NCBI GenBank assembly: GCA_049521775.1
Contig: JBEKOL010000016.1
Coordinates: 753 to 64,752 of the forward strand
Direction of reading: 5' to 3'
From: Syntrophales bacterium
Lineage (GTDB): Bacteria > Desulfobacterota > Syntrophia > Syntrophales > UBA2185
DNA length: 64,000 bases
In this document: one piece after another, positions 53,191 through 62,983 of the stretch
How positions within the stretch are numbered: position 1 is the first letter of the stretch
Layout: every line of letters begins with the position of its first letter
Notes under the pieces: model-generated
Told to the model about the DNA's origin: nothing
What the model saw: only the letters and a program-made list of their open reading frames with translations
The model's database searches: none
Translations under genes and position numbers: made by a program

Positions 53191-54966
53191 TCATGCCGGC
53201 TGCGCCGTAAGGCCATGGATTGGGAAGACGTTTGTCTCGAGATAGGCTATGACGCGGCTGGCTTCGGCGCGGGCCTCGGCAATCTTGGTGGGAGAGATGA
53301 AAGGGTATGGATCCCGAAGAGAGGCGCCTTCGATGGCCGTGGCGCCGCGGGCGCCCATCTGGCCGAAGTAGTCTCCATCGGGTTCGGCGTTGTGAAGCAC
53401 AGCCCAGGCGAGTGTCCAGTTGCGGGCGATGCTCCGGGGGTTGTAGCCACCCGCGCCCAGCATGAGCGTCTTCGGCACGAGCCGATGAATCCCGTAAATG
53501 ACTTCGGCATAGATATTGTTCGTCAGAGAGAGATGCGACATGGGATCGGTATACATGGCGTCAACGCCTGCCGAGAGAATGCAGACATCGGGTTTGTATG
53601 TGCGAGCCAGGGGCGAGACGATGCGGCGGAATACTTCGCCGTAGATTTCGTCCTCTGTGCCGGGTGCAAGCGGGACGTTCACATTGTAGCCGTAGCCGGT
53701 GCCTTCGCCAAGTTCATTCTCAAATCCGGAGTTCCAGGGAAAGAGGGTGCGCGCGGATTCGTGGAGGGATATCGTGAGGACACGGCTCTCGTCATAGAAG
53801 GCGAACTGGACGCCGTCGCCGTGGTGCGCATCGATATCAAAGTAAAGGACACGGAGACCCTGCTGGAGGAAATACTTGATGGTTATGACAACGTCGTTGA
53901 GGTAACAGAATCCGGAAGCATAATTGGGGCCGCCATGGTGGAAGCCGCCTGTGGGACTAAAGACGAGGTCGATGTTCGGCTGTGAAATCAGCAGATCGGC
54001 GCCCATGACGGAAGCGCCAACGGCGAGCATGGAGTATTCGAGCACACCTCGTGAGACGGGGTTGTCGCCCGTGCCGATGCCGTATGAGAGGAGGCGAGTG
54101 TTAAATACGCCCATGGAGGCCATGACGAGGTAATGATAGTAATGGGAGTCGTGGAAGGCGAGGACCGAGTTTTCATCAATGGGCGCGGGCTCCATGATCT
54201 GCGTGCCGGGCAGGTGGAGGAGGCCGTGGCTCTTGCACATGTCAAGGAAGAGACGGGAGCGGGCGGTGACGAAAGGATGGCCTTTCTCGATGGTGAATTC
54301 CTCGAACCGGGGCGAGTAAATGATGACGGAGCGCGTGTTGGGCAGCACACGTTGGCCTTCGAGGTAGTCGGGAGATTTGATGAATCCCGTTGACGGCGCC
54401 ACGGGCGTGATTATGTCGGACAGCTCCGGCGTTTCAAGGACACCCGTGAGGTCGAGTTCCAATTCCAGTTCATTGCCCTCGCGACTGGCCTCGCGGAAGC
54501 CGACCTTATAATATATGCGAAGGGCACGCGCGTTGTTACGGCTTTCGAAAACCCAGACTTTTCTGTATCCCAGACGTTTGACCGCTGCAAAAAGCGGGTA
54601 GGCGACGATGCTGCCGATGCCTCGGTTCTGGACCTGGTTGTGGACGAAGAGGGTAAACTCGACTATATCCGGGTTTGGCATGGGGAAGAGCATGCCGTGG
54701 GCGACGACGACGCCACCTAGTTCGGCCTTGAGATTCATCGCAGTGCGGAGGCAACTGCGAATCCACTCGATGCGCGTGTTCTGGTCGACGGGTGGCAGAC
54801 CCTGGATGGCGGCCTTTGGTTCATAGGTGTCGTACATCCGCGCGAGCGGTTCGAGATCATCATAGCCGCATGGCGACACGGTCACGACATCTTTTTTCTT
54901 ATCGAGAGCCGAACAGGGCCATAAGTCGAGCTCGGCAAATTGCTTCATTATGTCCGGCCAGTTCAC
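53191..54966 (-). CDS. Fusion protein: N-terminal GNAT acetyltransferase + C-terminal class I HDAC/AcuC-type zinc deacetylase
   Basis: The GNAT part spans residues ~30-175 and has motif A QNRGIG. The HDAC part has GGFHHGGPNYASGFCYLND (HH dyad), DIDAHHGDG (Zn ligands), GVDAMYTDP and GAGGY (catalytic Tyr). Confidence 0.85.
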   Translation of the reverse strand: MNWPDIMKQFAELDLWPCSALDKKKDVVTVSPCGYDDLEPLARMYDTYEPKAAIQGLPPVDQNTRIEWIRSCLRTAMNLKAELGGVVVAHGMLFPMPNPDIVEFTLFVHNQVQNRGIGSIVAYPLFAAVKRLGYRKVWVFESRNNARALRIYYKVGFREASREGNELELELDLTGVLETPELSDIITPVAPSTGFIKSPDYLEGQRVLPNTRSVIIYSPRFEEFTIEKGHPFVTARSRLFLDMCKSHGLLHLPGTQIMEPAPIDENSVLAFHDSHYYHYLVMASMGVFNTRLLSYGIGTGDNPVSRGVLEYSMLAVGASVMGADLLISQPNIDLVFSPTGGFHHGGPNYASGFCYLNDVVITIKYFLQQGLRVLYFDIDAHHGDGVQFAFYDESRVLTISLHESARTLFPWNSGFENELGEGTGYGYNVNVPLAPGTEDEIYGEVFRRIVSPLARTYKPDVCILSAGVDAMYTDPMSHLSLTNNIYAEVIYGIHRLVPKTLMLGAGGYNPRSIARNWTLAWAVLHNAEPDGDYFGQMGARGATAIEGASLRDPYPFISPTKIAEARAEASRVIAYLETNVFPIHGLTAQPA

Positions 54967-55281
54967 CGCTCCTCCTGCATTTCTTCTGTCATACCCGCCC
55001 CGATAAGTGCGCTCGCAGGCGGGCTCCGATCGGGAATCCAGTTTTTGTCGCGTCCTGTGTGAAAGTATAGGAGAATAAGTTCCTGCATGTCAACATTATT
55101 AAAAGCACGTGAAGGTTTCTTAGCTTTTCCAATTGCAAAGGAATGCGTCGTCTGTATTTTGTTCAGGTATGCATAACAACGCGCCGCTGAAATTATATTG
55201 TGAATAGCGGCATAATCAAGTACACTGTCTTACAAATGCAGTTATCATAATCACATAAATTAAGAATAGGAATAGCGTCAC

Positions 55282-56505
55282 ATGGTGGAAGAAAAAAAGA
55301 ATGATTCAAATGAAGAAAAGAGTTTCGCGGAACTGTTCGAGAAAACCCAGGTGCGGAAAGATTTCTTGAAGCCGGGGCAGAAGATTGAAGCTACCATCGT
55401 CAAGATCACCCAGGACTGGATTTTCCTTGATCTGGGAGGGAAGAGCGAAGGCTATCTGGACAGGAAAGAATTGGCCGATGAAAATGGCAATCTTTCTGTA
55501 AAGGAAGGCGATTCCATTGAAGCCTATTTCCTTTCATCTAAGCATAACGAGAAACTTTTTACGACGAGGATAGGAGCGGGTGATTCCGCTCGAACCCATA
55601 TAGAAGAAGTCTGGCGAAGCGGGATTCCCATTGAGGGCGTCGTGGAAAAAGAGATCAAAGGTGGCTTCGAGATCAGACTGGCTGGCGATATGCGGGGCTT
55701 CTGCCCATATTCCCAAATAGACATCAGGCGTACTGACAATGCGAAAGACTATGTCGGCCGCCGCCTGCCTTTCAGAATTACTGAATATGGAGAGCGGGGG
55801 CGCAATATTATTTTGTCTGCTAGGGCCATTCTGGAGGAGCAGAGGAAAAAGGATGAAGATGCACGGAAGGCCGAATTGCACGAGGGAATGCTCGTAAAAG
55901 GGACCGTCGTTGCCATCCGGGATTTTGGCGCTTTTCTGGATATCGGCGGTTTACAGGGTCTCCTTCCGATTTCGGAGATCGGCTGGGACCGGGTGGAGGA
56001 TATTTACGCGCGCTTGTCCGTCGGTCAAACATTCGATGTAGTCATTGCCAAGATGGATCCGCAAAACAACCGTATCAGTTTATCTCTGAAACAGACATTG
56101 TCCGATCCATGGAATGAGGCAGAGGCAAAATACCCGGTAGGGACTTTTCATACGGGAACCGTAGTGCGTCTGATGAAATTCGGCGCCTTCGTCAACCTGG
56201 GCCCTGGTGTTGACGGCCTCCTCCACATCTCCAAACTGGGAAAGGGAAAGCGGATCGTTCATCCCGGTGATGCAGTAAAATTGGGCGAAGCAATCGAAGT
56301 GAGGATTGATGCGATAGAACGGGATCAAAAGCGGATATCCCTTTCCATACCGGAGGCGGAAGCGCATGCTGACGCACCACGTAAGATAGCAGAAACACCT
56401 GAAGATGGCTATCATGAATACATTGGGGAGGTTCCAACATCGCTGGGTTCATTGGGCGATGTTATGAAGCGGAATGCGGCGAAAAAGAAAAAAGTCAATA
56501 CATGA
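55282..56505 (+). CDS. S1 RNA-binding domain protein (four S1 repeats, Lys-rich tail)
   Basis: Repeated OB-fold S1 motifs are present (G..IEG.V, G.LVKGTVV.I.DFGAFLDIGG.QGLLPISE, G.VVRLMKFGAFVNL). At 407 aa it is shorter than the six-domain RpsA. Confidence 0.75.
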   Translation: MVEEKKNDSNEEKSFAELFEKTQVRKDFLKPGQKIEATIVKITQDWIFLDLGGKSEGYLDRKELADENGNLSVKEGDSIEAYFLSSKHNEKLFTTRIGAGDSARTHIEEVWRSGIPIEGVVEKEIKGGFEIRLAGDMRGFCPYSQIDIRRTDNAKDYVGRRLPFRITEYGERGRNIILSARAILEEQRKKDEDARKAELHEGMLVKGTVVAIRDFGAFLDIGGLQGLLPISEIGWDRVEDIYARLSVGQTFDVVIAKMDPQNNRISLSLKQTLSDPWNEAEAKYPVGTFHTGTVVRLMKFGAFVNLGPGVDGLLHISKLGKGKRIVHPGDAVKLGEAIEVRIDAIERDQKRISLSIPEAEAHADAPRKIAETPEDGYHEYIGEVPTSLGSLGDVMKRNAAKKKKVNT

Positions 56506-56714
56506 TGCCCGCGCGGGATTTACAGAGGCGTTGAAGTCGGAATGACGGGTATTGATATAAAATTACCGCGCATTGGCTGCTCAATACGCTAAGAAATTTT
56601 GCGACGATATTCTCATTGACAGTTGAAGGGAGAAGTTTTAAATAAGCGCTTAACATCGAACCCACAAATTCATCGACCCCATTTCCGTTAAGGGAAGTTT
56701 CTTGCGAGAAGGCC

Positions 56715-57494
56715 ATGGATATTTCTGTAGATATTAACTGCGACATGGGGGAATCTTTCGGAGCTTACAAAATCGGCAGAGACGAAGAGATCATCCGTTA
56801 CATCACCTCTTCCAATATCGCCTGCGGCTTTCATGCATCGGATCCTAATGTCATTGAAAGAACGGTGGGGCTCTGCAAAGACCACGGGGTCAGAGCAGGC
56901 GCACATCCCGGCTATCCTGACTTGCTAGGTTTCGGACGACGGTTCATGGACATGGACCGGAAGGAAGTAATAAACGCCATCGTATACCAGGTGGGAGGCC
57001 TGCAGGGATTTCTCGCCGTTCATCAAATGCCGTTGCAGCACGTAAAGATGCATGGCGCCCTATATAATCACCTAATCAAAGAGGAAAGCCTTTTTCTGGA
57101 GATCATTGAAACGGTTAAGAGCGCCTTCGGAGATGTGATATTTCTGACACTTACCACGCCTGAGGCGGCGGTGCTGAAGAAGGCCCTGAAAAAGAAGGGC
57201 GTGAGAATCGCGCTGGAGGCTTTTCCGGACAGGAACTATGGCGATGATGGAGAACTTCTGTCGCGAAAACACAAAGAGGCGGTGTTGAAAGATCCTGACG
57301 TAATCGCAAATAGGGCGGTACGCATGCTCAAAGAAAGGGGAATTGAGAGCGTCAGTGGACATTGGTTGAATATGGAAATAGATACCTTGTGTATGCACGG
57401 CGACAACCTGGAAAGCATTGACGCTGCGAGAAGGCTGAAGACATATTTTAAACAGGAAAACATTCACGTTAAGCCACTGGCAGATCTCTTATAG
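56715..57494 (+). CDS. pxpA: 5-oxoprolinase subunit A (LamB/YcsF family)
   Basis: DINCDMGESFG, IACGFHASDP and HVKMHGALYN are present. Confidence 0.88.
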   Translation: MDISVDINCDMGESFGAYKIGRDEEIIRYITSSNIACGFHASDPNVIERTVGLCKDHGVRAGAHPGYPDLLGFGRRFMDMDRKEVINAIVYQVGGLQGFLAVHQMPLQHVKMHGALYNHLIKEESLFLEIIETVKSAFGDVIFLTLTTPEAAVLKKALKKKGVRIALEAFPDRNYGDDGELLSRKHKEAVLKDPDVIANRAVRMLKERGIESVSGHWLNMEIDTLCMHGDNLESIDAARRLKTYFKQENIHVKPLADLL

Positions 57495-57497
57495 CGT

Positions 57498-58139
57498 ATG
57501 AACATTTCAAGGCATGGCGAAGAAGGGATACGAATCCTATTCGGAGAAAAAATTGATTTGGAGATCCATGAAAGGGTAAGGCGATATTATTTTTTTCTGA
57601 AGTCCCTCCAATTGGAAGAAATTACCGACATAATACCCTCCTTCAGATCCTGCCTCATTCTCTTTGACAGGAAGAAAACTTCATACGAAGCGCTGACGGC
57701 CTCTTTGCGGGATAAGGAATTCTTGATGACCCATATCAATATTCCGGAACCGAAAACCCACCATGTTCCCGTAGAGTACGGCGGTGAAAGCGGCTTCGAC
57801 ATTGATTTTGTGGCGTCCCACACGGGATTGTCTGAAGACGAGATAATAGAGATCCACACCTCCGTCACATACAAAGTTTTTGTGGTGGGGTTCCTGCCCG
57901 GGTTTCCGTATTTGGGGATCCTAGATCAGAGGCTGTATGTTCCGAGGCTTGAGACGCCTCGCTTAAGAGTTCCCGAGGGCTCCGTCGGCCTCGCTCAGCT
58001 TCAGACAGGAATATATTCCTTCGAGTCGCCGGCGGGGTGGAGAATAATAGGAAGGACGAACAAGAAACTCTTCGATTACAATAAGGAGCCTTACAGCATC
58101 TTCCAGATTGGTGACAAAGTGAGATTCATACGCGCATGA
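57498..58139 (+). CDS. pxpB: 5-oxoprolinase subunit B (KipI / allophanate hydrolase subunit 1 family)
   Basis: VGFLPGFPYLG and PRLRVPEGSVG.A...GIY are present. Confidence 0.85.
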   Translation: MNISRHGEEGIRILFGEKIDLEIHERVRRYYFFLKSLQLEEITDIIPSFRSCLILFDRKKTSYEALTASLRDKEFLMTHINIPEPKTHHVPVEYGGESGFDIDFVASHTGLSEDEIIEIHTSVTYKVFVVGFLPGFPYLGILDQRLYVPRLETPRLRVPEGSVGLAQLQTGIYSFESPAGWRIIGRTNKKLFDYNKEPYSIFQIGDKVRFIRA

Positions 58140-59074
58140 TCGAGATGATCCATCCCGGAATCATGTCACTTGTCGTTGACGGCGGCAGGCGTGGATACAG
58201 GGAAGTGGGCATACCGACTTCTTCTGCTCTGGACCTTTATGCGTTAAGCTCCCTTAATCATCTCCTGGGCAACGAGGGCAATGCCCCGGCCATCGAGGTA
58301 TTCGGCGAAAAATTTTCTTTGAGATTCGGTCGGGACGTCTGTTGCGCAATTACGGGAGCAAAGGTGAGAGCCAGCCTGGAGGGTAGGCCGTTGCACTCTT
58401 GGATGTCTTTCGAGGCGAAGGCTGGGGAGACATTAACGGTCGATGAGACAAGAGAGGGTTTCAGATATTACGTGGGATTTTCCGGCACTCCCGTTCTGGA
58501 GAAAATCATTGGAAGCTATGCGACCAATCTGGAGTGCCGGTTCGGCGGCTACCGGGGAAGGGCTCTTCAGAAAGGTGACAGAATTGACTTCGAGGATATC
58601 AGGATGGTGGATGTTCAGCGCATTCCGGAAGAGTTCATACCGCGCATGATGCAGCCGCACACGCTGAGAGTAGTGGAAGGTCCTGAAAGCAATTATTTCA
58701 CTGACGAATCCTGGGAAGAATTTCTGGGCAGCAAGGGAAAGACGGCCTTCACAGTTTCCACGAAGTTGAACAGGACAGGTATCCGGCTGAATGGCAAACC
58801 CCTGGCATTCAGAACGGATGCAGAAGAGAGCATCATATCAGATGGTCTGCTGCCCGGCAGTATCCAGGTTCCGGGAGATGGCTTGCCCATCATCCAGCTT
58901 CATGAACGCACTCTTGGGGGATATGCGAGGCCGGCCCTGATAGCAAAAGTGGATCATGACCTTCTTGCCCACCTGAAGCCTGGCGATTCCGTGATGTTCG
59001 AGATGATAGGAATGGAGGAGGCGGAACTTCTTTTCGATATGAAGACAGAAATCGCAACATCAATCAAGAACTGA
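58136..59074 (+). CDS. pxpC: 5-oxoprolinase subunit C (KipA / allophanate hydrolase subunit 2 family)
   Basis: GIMSLVVDGGRRGYREVGIPTSSALD and the C-terminal GGYARPALI are present. There is a 4-nt overlap with pxpB. Confidence 0.85.
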   Translation: MIEMIHPGIMSLVVDGGRRGYREVGIPTSSALDLYALSSLNHLLGNEGNAPAIEVFGEKFSLRFGRDVCCAITGAKVRASLEGRPLHSWMSFEAKAGETLTVDETREGFRYYVGFSGTPVLEKIIGSYATNLECRFGGYRGRALQKGDRIDFEDIRMVDVQRIPEEFIPRMMQPHTLRVVEGPESNYFTDESWEEFLGSKGKTAFTVSTKLNRTGIRLNGKPLAFRTDAEESIISDGLLPGSIQVPGDGLPIIQLHERTLGGYARPALIAKVDHDLLAHLKPGDSVMFEMIGMEEAELLFDMKTEIATSIKN

Positions 59075-59088
59075 TATAGGAGGCAGCC

Positions 59089-60348
59089 ATGTGGAAATTT
59101 CTGAGAGTTTTTTTTACGGCGGTCATGGTTTTATCTTTTACCTCTCTGGCATGTGCGCAGAATGAGATCCGGATCGGTGTCATCTTTCCCCTGACAGGGC
59201 CTTTGGCAACCACGGGGCAGGGTCTGTTAAAAGGCGCCGAGTTAGCAGCCGACATCATTAATAACAAGTACAATCTGAACATGCCGTTAGCAAAAACTGC
59301 GGGACTGCCGAATCTGAAAGGCGCCAAGATCAAGATTGTCCCCGGCGACCATCAAGGCAAGCCGGAAGTCGGCATGGCAGAGGCGGAGCGTCTCATCACA
59401 CAGGAGAAGGTCGTTGCCATCATCGGCTGCTATAACAGTGCTGTCACTGCCACGGCCGCTCAGGCCGCAGAACGCTATGGTGTTCCCTTTCTGAACGACA
59501 GTTCCTCATCACCTGGGCTTACGGACAGGGGTTTCAAGTGGTTCTTTAGGACGACGCCGCATGACGATATGTTCAGCGAAAACTTCTTCATCTTTCTCAA
59601 TGATCTGAAAAAGAAAAAGAAGATCACTGTAGGGCCCATTGCACTGCTTTATGAAAACACGCTGTTCGGCACGGACTCCCGCAAATATCAGGAAATGTAT
59701 GCAAAAAAGTATGGGTACGAAATCAGCGGCGCCGTGCCTTATCCCGCTAAGAGCACCCAGTTGACGTCGGAGATTCAGAAACTCCGCAGTTATAATCCGT
59801 CCATCATCATGCAGACGTCTTATACGGCAGACGCCATCCTGTCCATGAAGACGTACAAGGAACTCAATTTCGCGCCTACTGCACTGATTGCAAACAATGC
59901 GGGCTTTAACGATCCTGATTTGATCAAGTCCCTTGGCAAAGATGCAGACTACATCCTGAGCCGAGAAGTTTGGGCAAAGGACCTTTCCGCGAAAAAACCG
60001 ATGATCAAGACGATTGCCGACATGTTTGAAAAAATGGCCGGGAAACCCATGTCGGGCGACTACGCTCGTTCATTTACAGGCATGATCGTTCTGGCAGATG
60101 CTATCAACCGTGCCAAATCCACGGAACCGGCGAAAATCCAGAAGGCGCTCTTGGAAACGAACATCAAGGCCGACCAGTTGATCATGCCGTGGGACGGTGT
60201 CAAATTCGACGCGAAGACTCACCAGAACGTACTTGGCAAAGGTATCATTGTTCAGATACAGAAAGGTGAGCGCTACACAGTATGGCCCTTCAATGTGGCC
60301 ACGAAAGATGTGATCTGGCCTTTCCCGAAGTGGGACAGAAGGAAGTAA
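59089..60348 (+). CDS. ABC transporter substrate-binding protein, LivK/branched-chain amino acid type (type I PBP)
   Basis: A signal peptide is followed by IRIGVIFPLTGPLATTGQ, typical of the Leu/Ile/Val-binding family. Confidence 0.85.
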   Translation: MWKFLRVFFTAVMVLSFTSLACAQNEIRIGVIFPLTGPLATTGQGLLKGAELAADIINNKYNLNMPLAKTAGLPNLKGAKIKIVPGDHQGKPEVGMAEAERLITQEKVVAIIGCYNSAVTATAAQAAERYGVPFLNDSSSSPGLTDRGFKWFFRTTPHDDMFSENFFIFLNDLKKKKKITVGPIALLYENTLFGTDSRKYQEMYAKKYGYEISGAVPYPAKSTQLTSEIQKLRSYNPSIIMQTSYTADAILSMKTYKELNFAPTALIANNAGFNDPDLIKSLGKDADYILSREVWAKDLSAKKPMIKTIADMFEKMAGKPMSGDYARSFTGMIVLADAINRAKSTEPAKIQKALLETNIKADQLIMPWDGVKFDAKTHQNVLGKGIIVQIQKGERYTVWPFNVATKDVIWPFPKWDRRK

Positions 60349-60415
60349 CATCTGACCACCTGGCTTGAATGCGTTAGGTGCAGGCAAAGAAGACAACAGA
60401 AAGTAGGATACATCC

Positions 60416-61279
60416 ATGGAAGGCGTATTTGCGCAAACCCTGGTGAGCGGCATCCTGATCGGTTTCCTTTATGCGCTGATTGCCGTTGGTCTCACCATGA
60501 TTTTTGGGATGATGGATATAGTCAATTTTGCCCATGGCGAATACCTCATGGTTGCAATGTATTTCGCTTACTGGTTTTTTGTTCTCTTCGATATGGATCC
60601 ACTCTCTTCACTTCCCTTGGTGATGGTTCTTCTGTTCCTACTGGGAATTATCACCTACTACGTCTTCATCAGGCCGATCATCAACGCTCCCATGCTTTCC
60701 CAGATCTTCGTGACATTCGGCATTCTGATTCTTCTGAGAGGCGTGGCCCAGTATCTGTGGAAGGCAGACTACCGCATGATCCCCCAGACCCTGACGAGCG
60801 GCAATGTCAGTATCTTCGGCGTCTATATCGGAGTTTCGCAACTTATCGCAGCAGCGGGCGCAATCATCTGCAACGGCCTTATCTTCTGGTTTCTTAAATC
60901 TACCAAGATGGGTATGGCCCTGGAAGCAGTTGCCGAAGACAAGGAAGCGGCAAGACTCATGGGGATCAACAGTGACCGGATGTTTGCCCTTGCCTGGGGA
61001 ATCGGCATCGCCACCGTTGGTGTGGCCGGATCCTTGCTTTCGAGTTTCTATTATGTGTTTCCAGAAGTAGGCTCCAATTTTTGTCTGATGGCTTTTGTTG
61101 TTGTCGCTCTCGGCGGTTTCGGCAGTGTGCCGGGGGCATTTATTGCGGGGATTATCGTCGGACTGGTTGAGGTGTTGAGCGGCTATCTCATTGCGCCTTC
61201 TCTGAAGTTCATGTTTGTCCTGCTGTTATACCTGGGAGTGATATTCGTCAGACCTCAGGGGTTCATGGGAAGAAAATGA
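60416..61279 (+). CDS. livH: Branched-chain amino acid ABC transporter permease (LivH type)
   Basis: 287 aa. The sequence includes GILIGFLYALIAVGLTMIFGMMDIVNFAHGE. Confidence 0.85.
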   Translation: MEGVFAQTLVSGILIGFLYALIAVGLTMIFGMMDIVNFAHGEYLMVAMYFAYWFFVLFDMDPLSSLPLVMVLLFLLGIITYYVFIRPIINAPMLSQIFVTFGILILLRGVAQYLWKADYRMIPQTLTSGNVSIFGVYIGVSQLIAAAGAIICNGLIFWFLKSTKMGMALEAVAEDKEAARLMGINSDRMFALAWGIGIATVGVAGSLLSSFYYVFPEVGSNFCLMAFVVVALGGFGSVPGAFIAGIIVGLVEVLSGYLIAPSLKFMFVLLLYLGVIFVRPQGFMGRK

Positions 61280-61280
61280 T

Positions 61281-62231
61281 GTGGTCATGAAAAAGGGTTT
61301 CCTCGTATTTATTTTGTTCATGTGTGTCCTCGCGGTGGTCCCGCTATTTTTGCGCGACCCATTTCTGTGTCATATCCTCATCATGATCATGATGTACGCC
61401 ACAATGAGCATCGGCTGGAACGTCATAGGCGGATATGCGGGTCAGGTTTCGTTCGGCAATGCCGCATTTTTTGGTCTGGGGGCTTATACGACGGCTATCC
61501 TCCTGGTGAACTATAACATCAACCCCTGGCTGGGAATGCTGGCTGGTTGCATCCTTTCCGTAGGTCTTGCCGTCGTCGTCGGATACCCATGTTTCCGTTT
61601 ACGGGGACATTACTTTGCTATCGCCACAATCGCGGTGGGCGAAATCATGGTGGTGGTTTTTACAAACTGGGACTATGTCGGCGCCGCAGTTGGCATCTTC
61701 ATGCCCATCCTGGAGGAGTCGTTTACGAACTTTGAATTCCACTCCTCGAAAATCCCGTACTACTATATAATCCTCGTAATGCTGCTGTTTGCCATCGCCG
61801 TTTCCTATGTCATCGAGCGAAGCAGGCTGGGTTATTATCTCCGTGCAATAAAGGATGATCCTGAAGGGGCGCGGAGTGTCGGGATCGATATTCAGAAATA
61901 CAAATTGATCGCCTTTTCCATCTCCGCCGTATTGACCTCGATATGCGGGACGTTTTATGGCCAGTACGTGTTATATATCCATCCGTCAAGCACGATGGAC
62001 CTTATGATGTCGATCCATCTATGCATCATCACGCTGATCGGCGGCATCGGAAAACTCTTCGGGCCAGTTGTCGGGGCCTTCGTATTTATCCCGCTCATGG
62101 AGCTGACTAGGGTGTATCTCGGAAGTGAAGGACAGGGAATCGATATGATCATTTACTCCCTCCTTGTCATTATGATCGCCATCTGGCGGCCTCAAGGACT
62201 ATGGGCATTGTTTTCAAAAGGTGACAAATGA
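61281..62231 (+). CDS. livM: Branched-chain amino acid ABC transporter permease (LivM type)
   Basis: The sequence includes GYAGQVSFGNAAFFGLGAYT. The start is GTG 61281 or ATG 61287. Confidence 0.85.
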   Translation: MVMKKGFLVFILFMCVLAVVPLFLRDPFLCHILIMIMMYATMSIGWNVIGGYAGQVSFGNAAFFGLGAYTTAILLVNYNINPWLGMLAGCILSVGLAVVVGYPCFRLRGHYFAIATIAVGEIMVVVFTNWDYVGAAVGIFMPILEESFTNFEFHSSKIPYYYIILVMLLFAIAVSYVIERSRLGYYLRAIKDDPEGARSVGIDIQKYKLIAFSISAVLTSICGTFYGQYVLYIHPSSTMDLMMSIHLCIITLIGGIGKLFGPVVGAFVFIPLMELTRVYLGSEGQGIDMIIYSLLVIMIAIWRPQGLWALFSKGDK

Positions 62232-62983
62232 GTTCTGATATCCTCGTCGTTGATAATGTGACCAAACGCTTCGGCGGACTTACGGCCAATGCGAATATTT
62301 CCTTTTCCATGAAAGAAGGGGAAATCATCGGTCTCATTGGGCCTAACGGGGCGGGGAAATCCACACTGTTCAATTGTATATCCTGTTTTTACAACGCCGA
62401 CGGCGGGAGAATCGTTTTCCAAGGACAGGAGATCACGCGCAAAGACCCAGAATCGATCTGCAGGATGGGTATAGGTCGGACATTTCAGATAGTCCGGATC
62501 TTCAAGGACATGAATGTGCTGGAAAATATCATGATTGGGGCATTCCTGAGAAATCCAAGACGAAAGGATGCGCGAGCGAAGTCGGAGGAAGTGGCGGGCA
62601 TATTCCGGTTCACGGACAAATTATATTTGAAAGCGATGTCTCTGACTATTTCTGAACAGAAAAGATTGGAGGTTGCCAGGGTCTTTGCAACAGGACCGAA
62701 AATCATGCTGTTGGACGAAATGATGGCGGGTTTAAATATACATGAAATTAAAGAATCGGTTGAGCTTGTTCTGCGGCTGAGTGAGATGGGCATAACACTT
62801 GTCCTTGTCGAACATGTGATGGAAGGCATCATGCCGATTGCAAATCGCGTCGTGGTTCTGGACTACGGGGAGAAGATAGCAGAAGGAACCCCTGATGAGG
62901 TAATTAACAACGAGAAGGTAATTGCGGCGTATTTCGGACAAAAATATGCTAAACGTAGAGAAAATAAAGCTCGGATACAATAA
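62228..62983 (+). CDS. livG: ABC transporter ATP-binding protein (LivG type)
   Basis: Walker A GPNGAGKST, the signature-region equivalent and Walker B MLLDEMMAG are present. Confidence 0.88.
   Translation: MSSDILVVDNVTKRFGGLTANANISFSMKEGEIIGLIGPNGAGKSTLFNCISCFYNADGGRIVFQGQEITRKDPESICRMGIGRTFQIVRIFKDMNVLENIMIGAFLRNPRRKDARAKSEEVAGIFRFTDKLYLKAMSLTISEQKRLEVARVFATGPKIMLLDEMMAGLNIHEIKESVELVLRLSEMGITLVLVEHVMEGIMPIANRVVVLDYGEKIAEGTPDEVINNEKVIAAYFGQKYAKRRENKARIQ

Noticed and set aside
62946-62983. 38-nt overlap of livG and livF as a possible frameshift or fusion artefact
   Set aside because: Both proteins are full length with all ABC motifs. livF has a proper N-terminus (MLNVEKIKLGYNN) from the internal ATG. 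The overlap only reflects a slightly extended livG tail.
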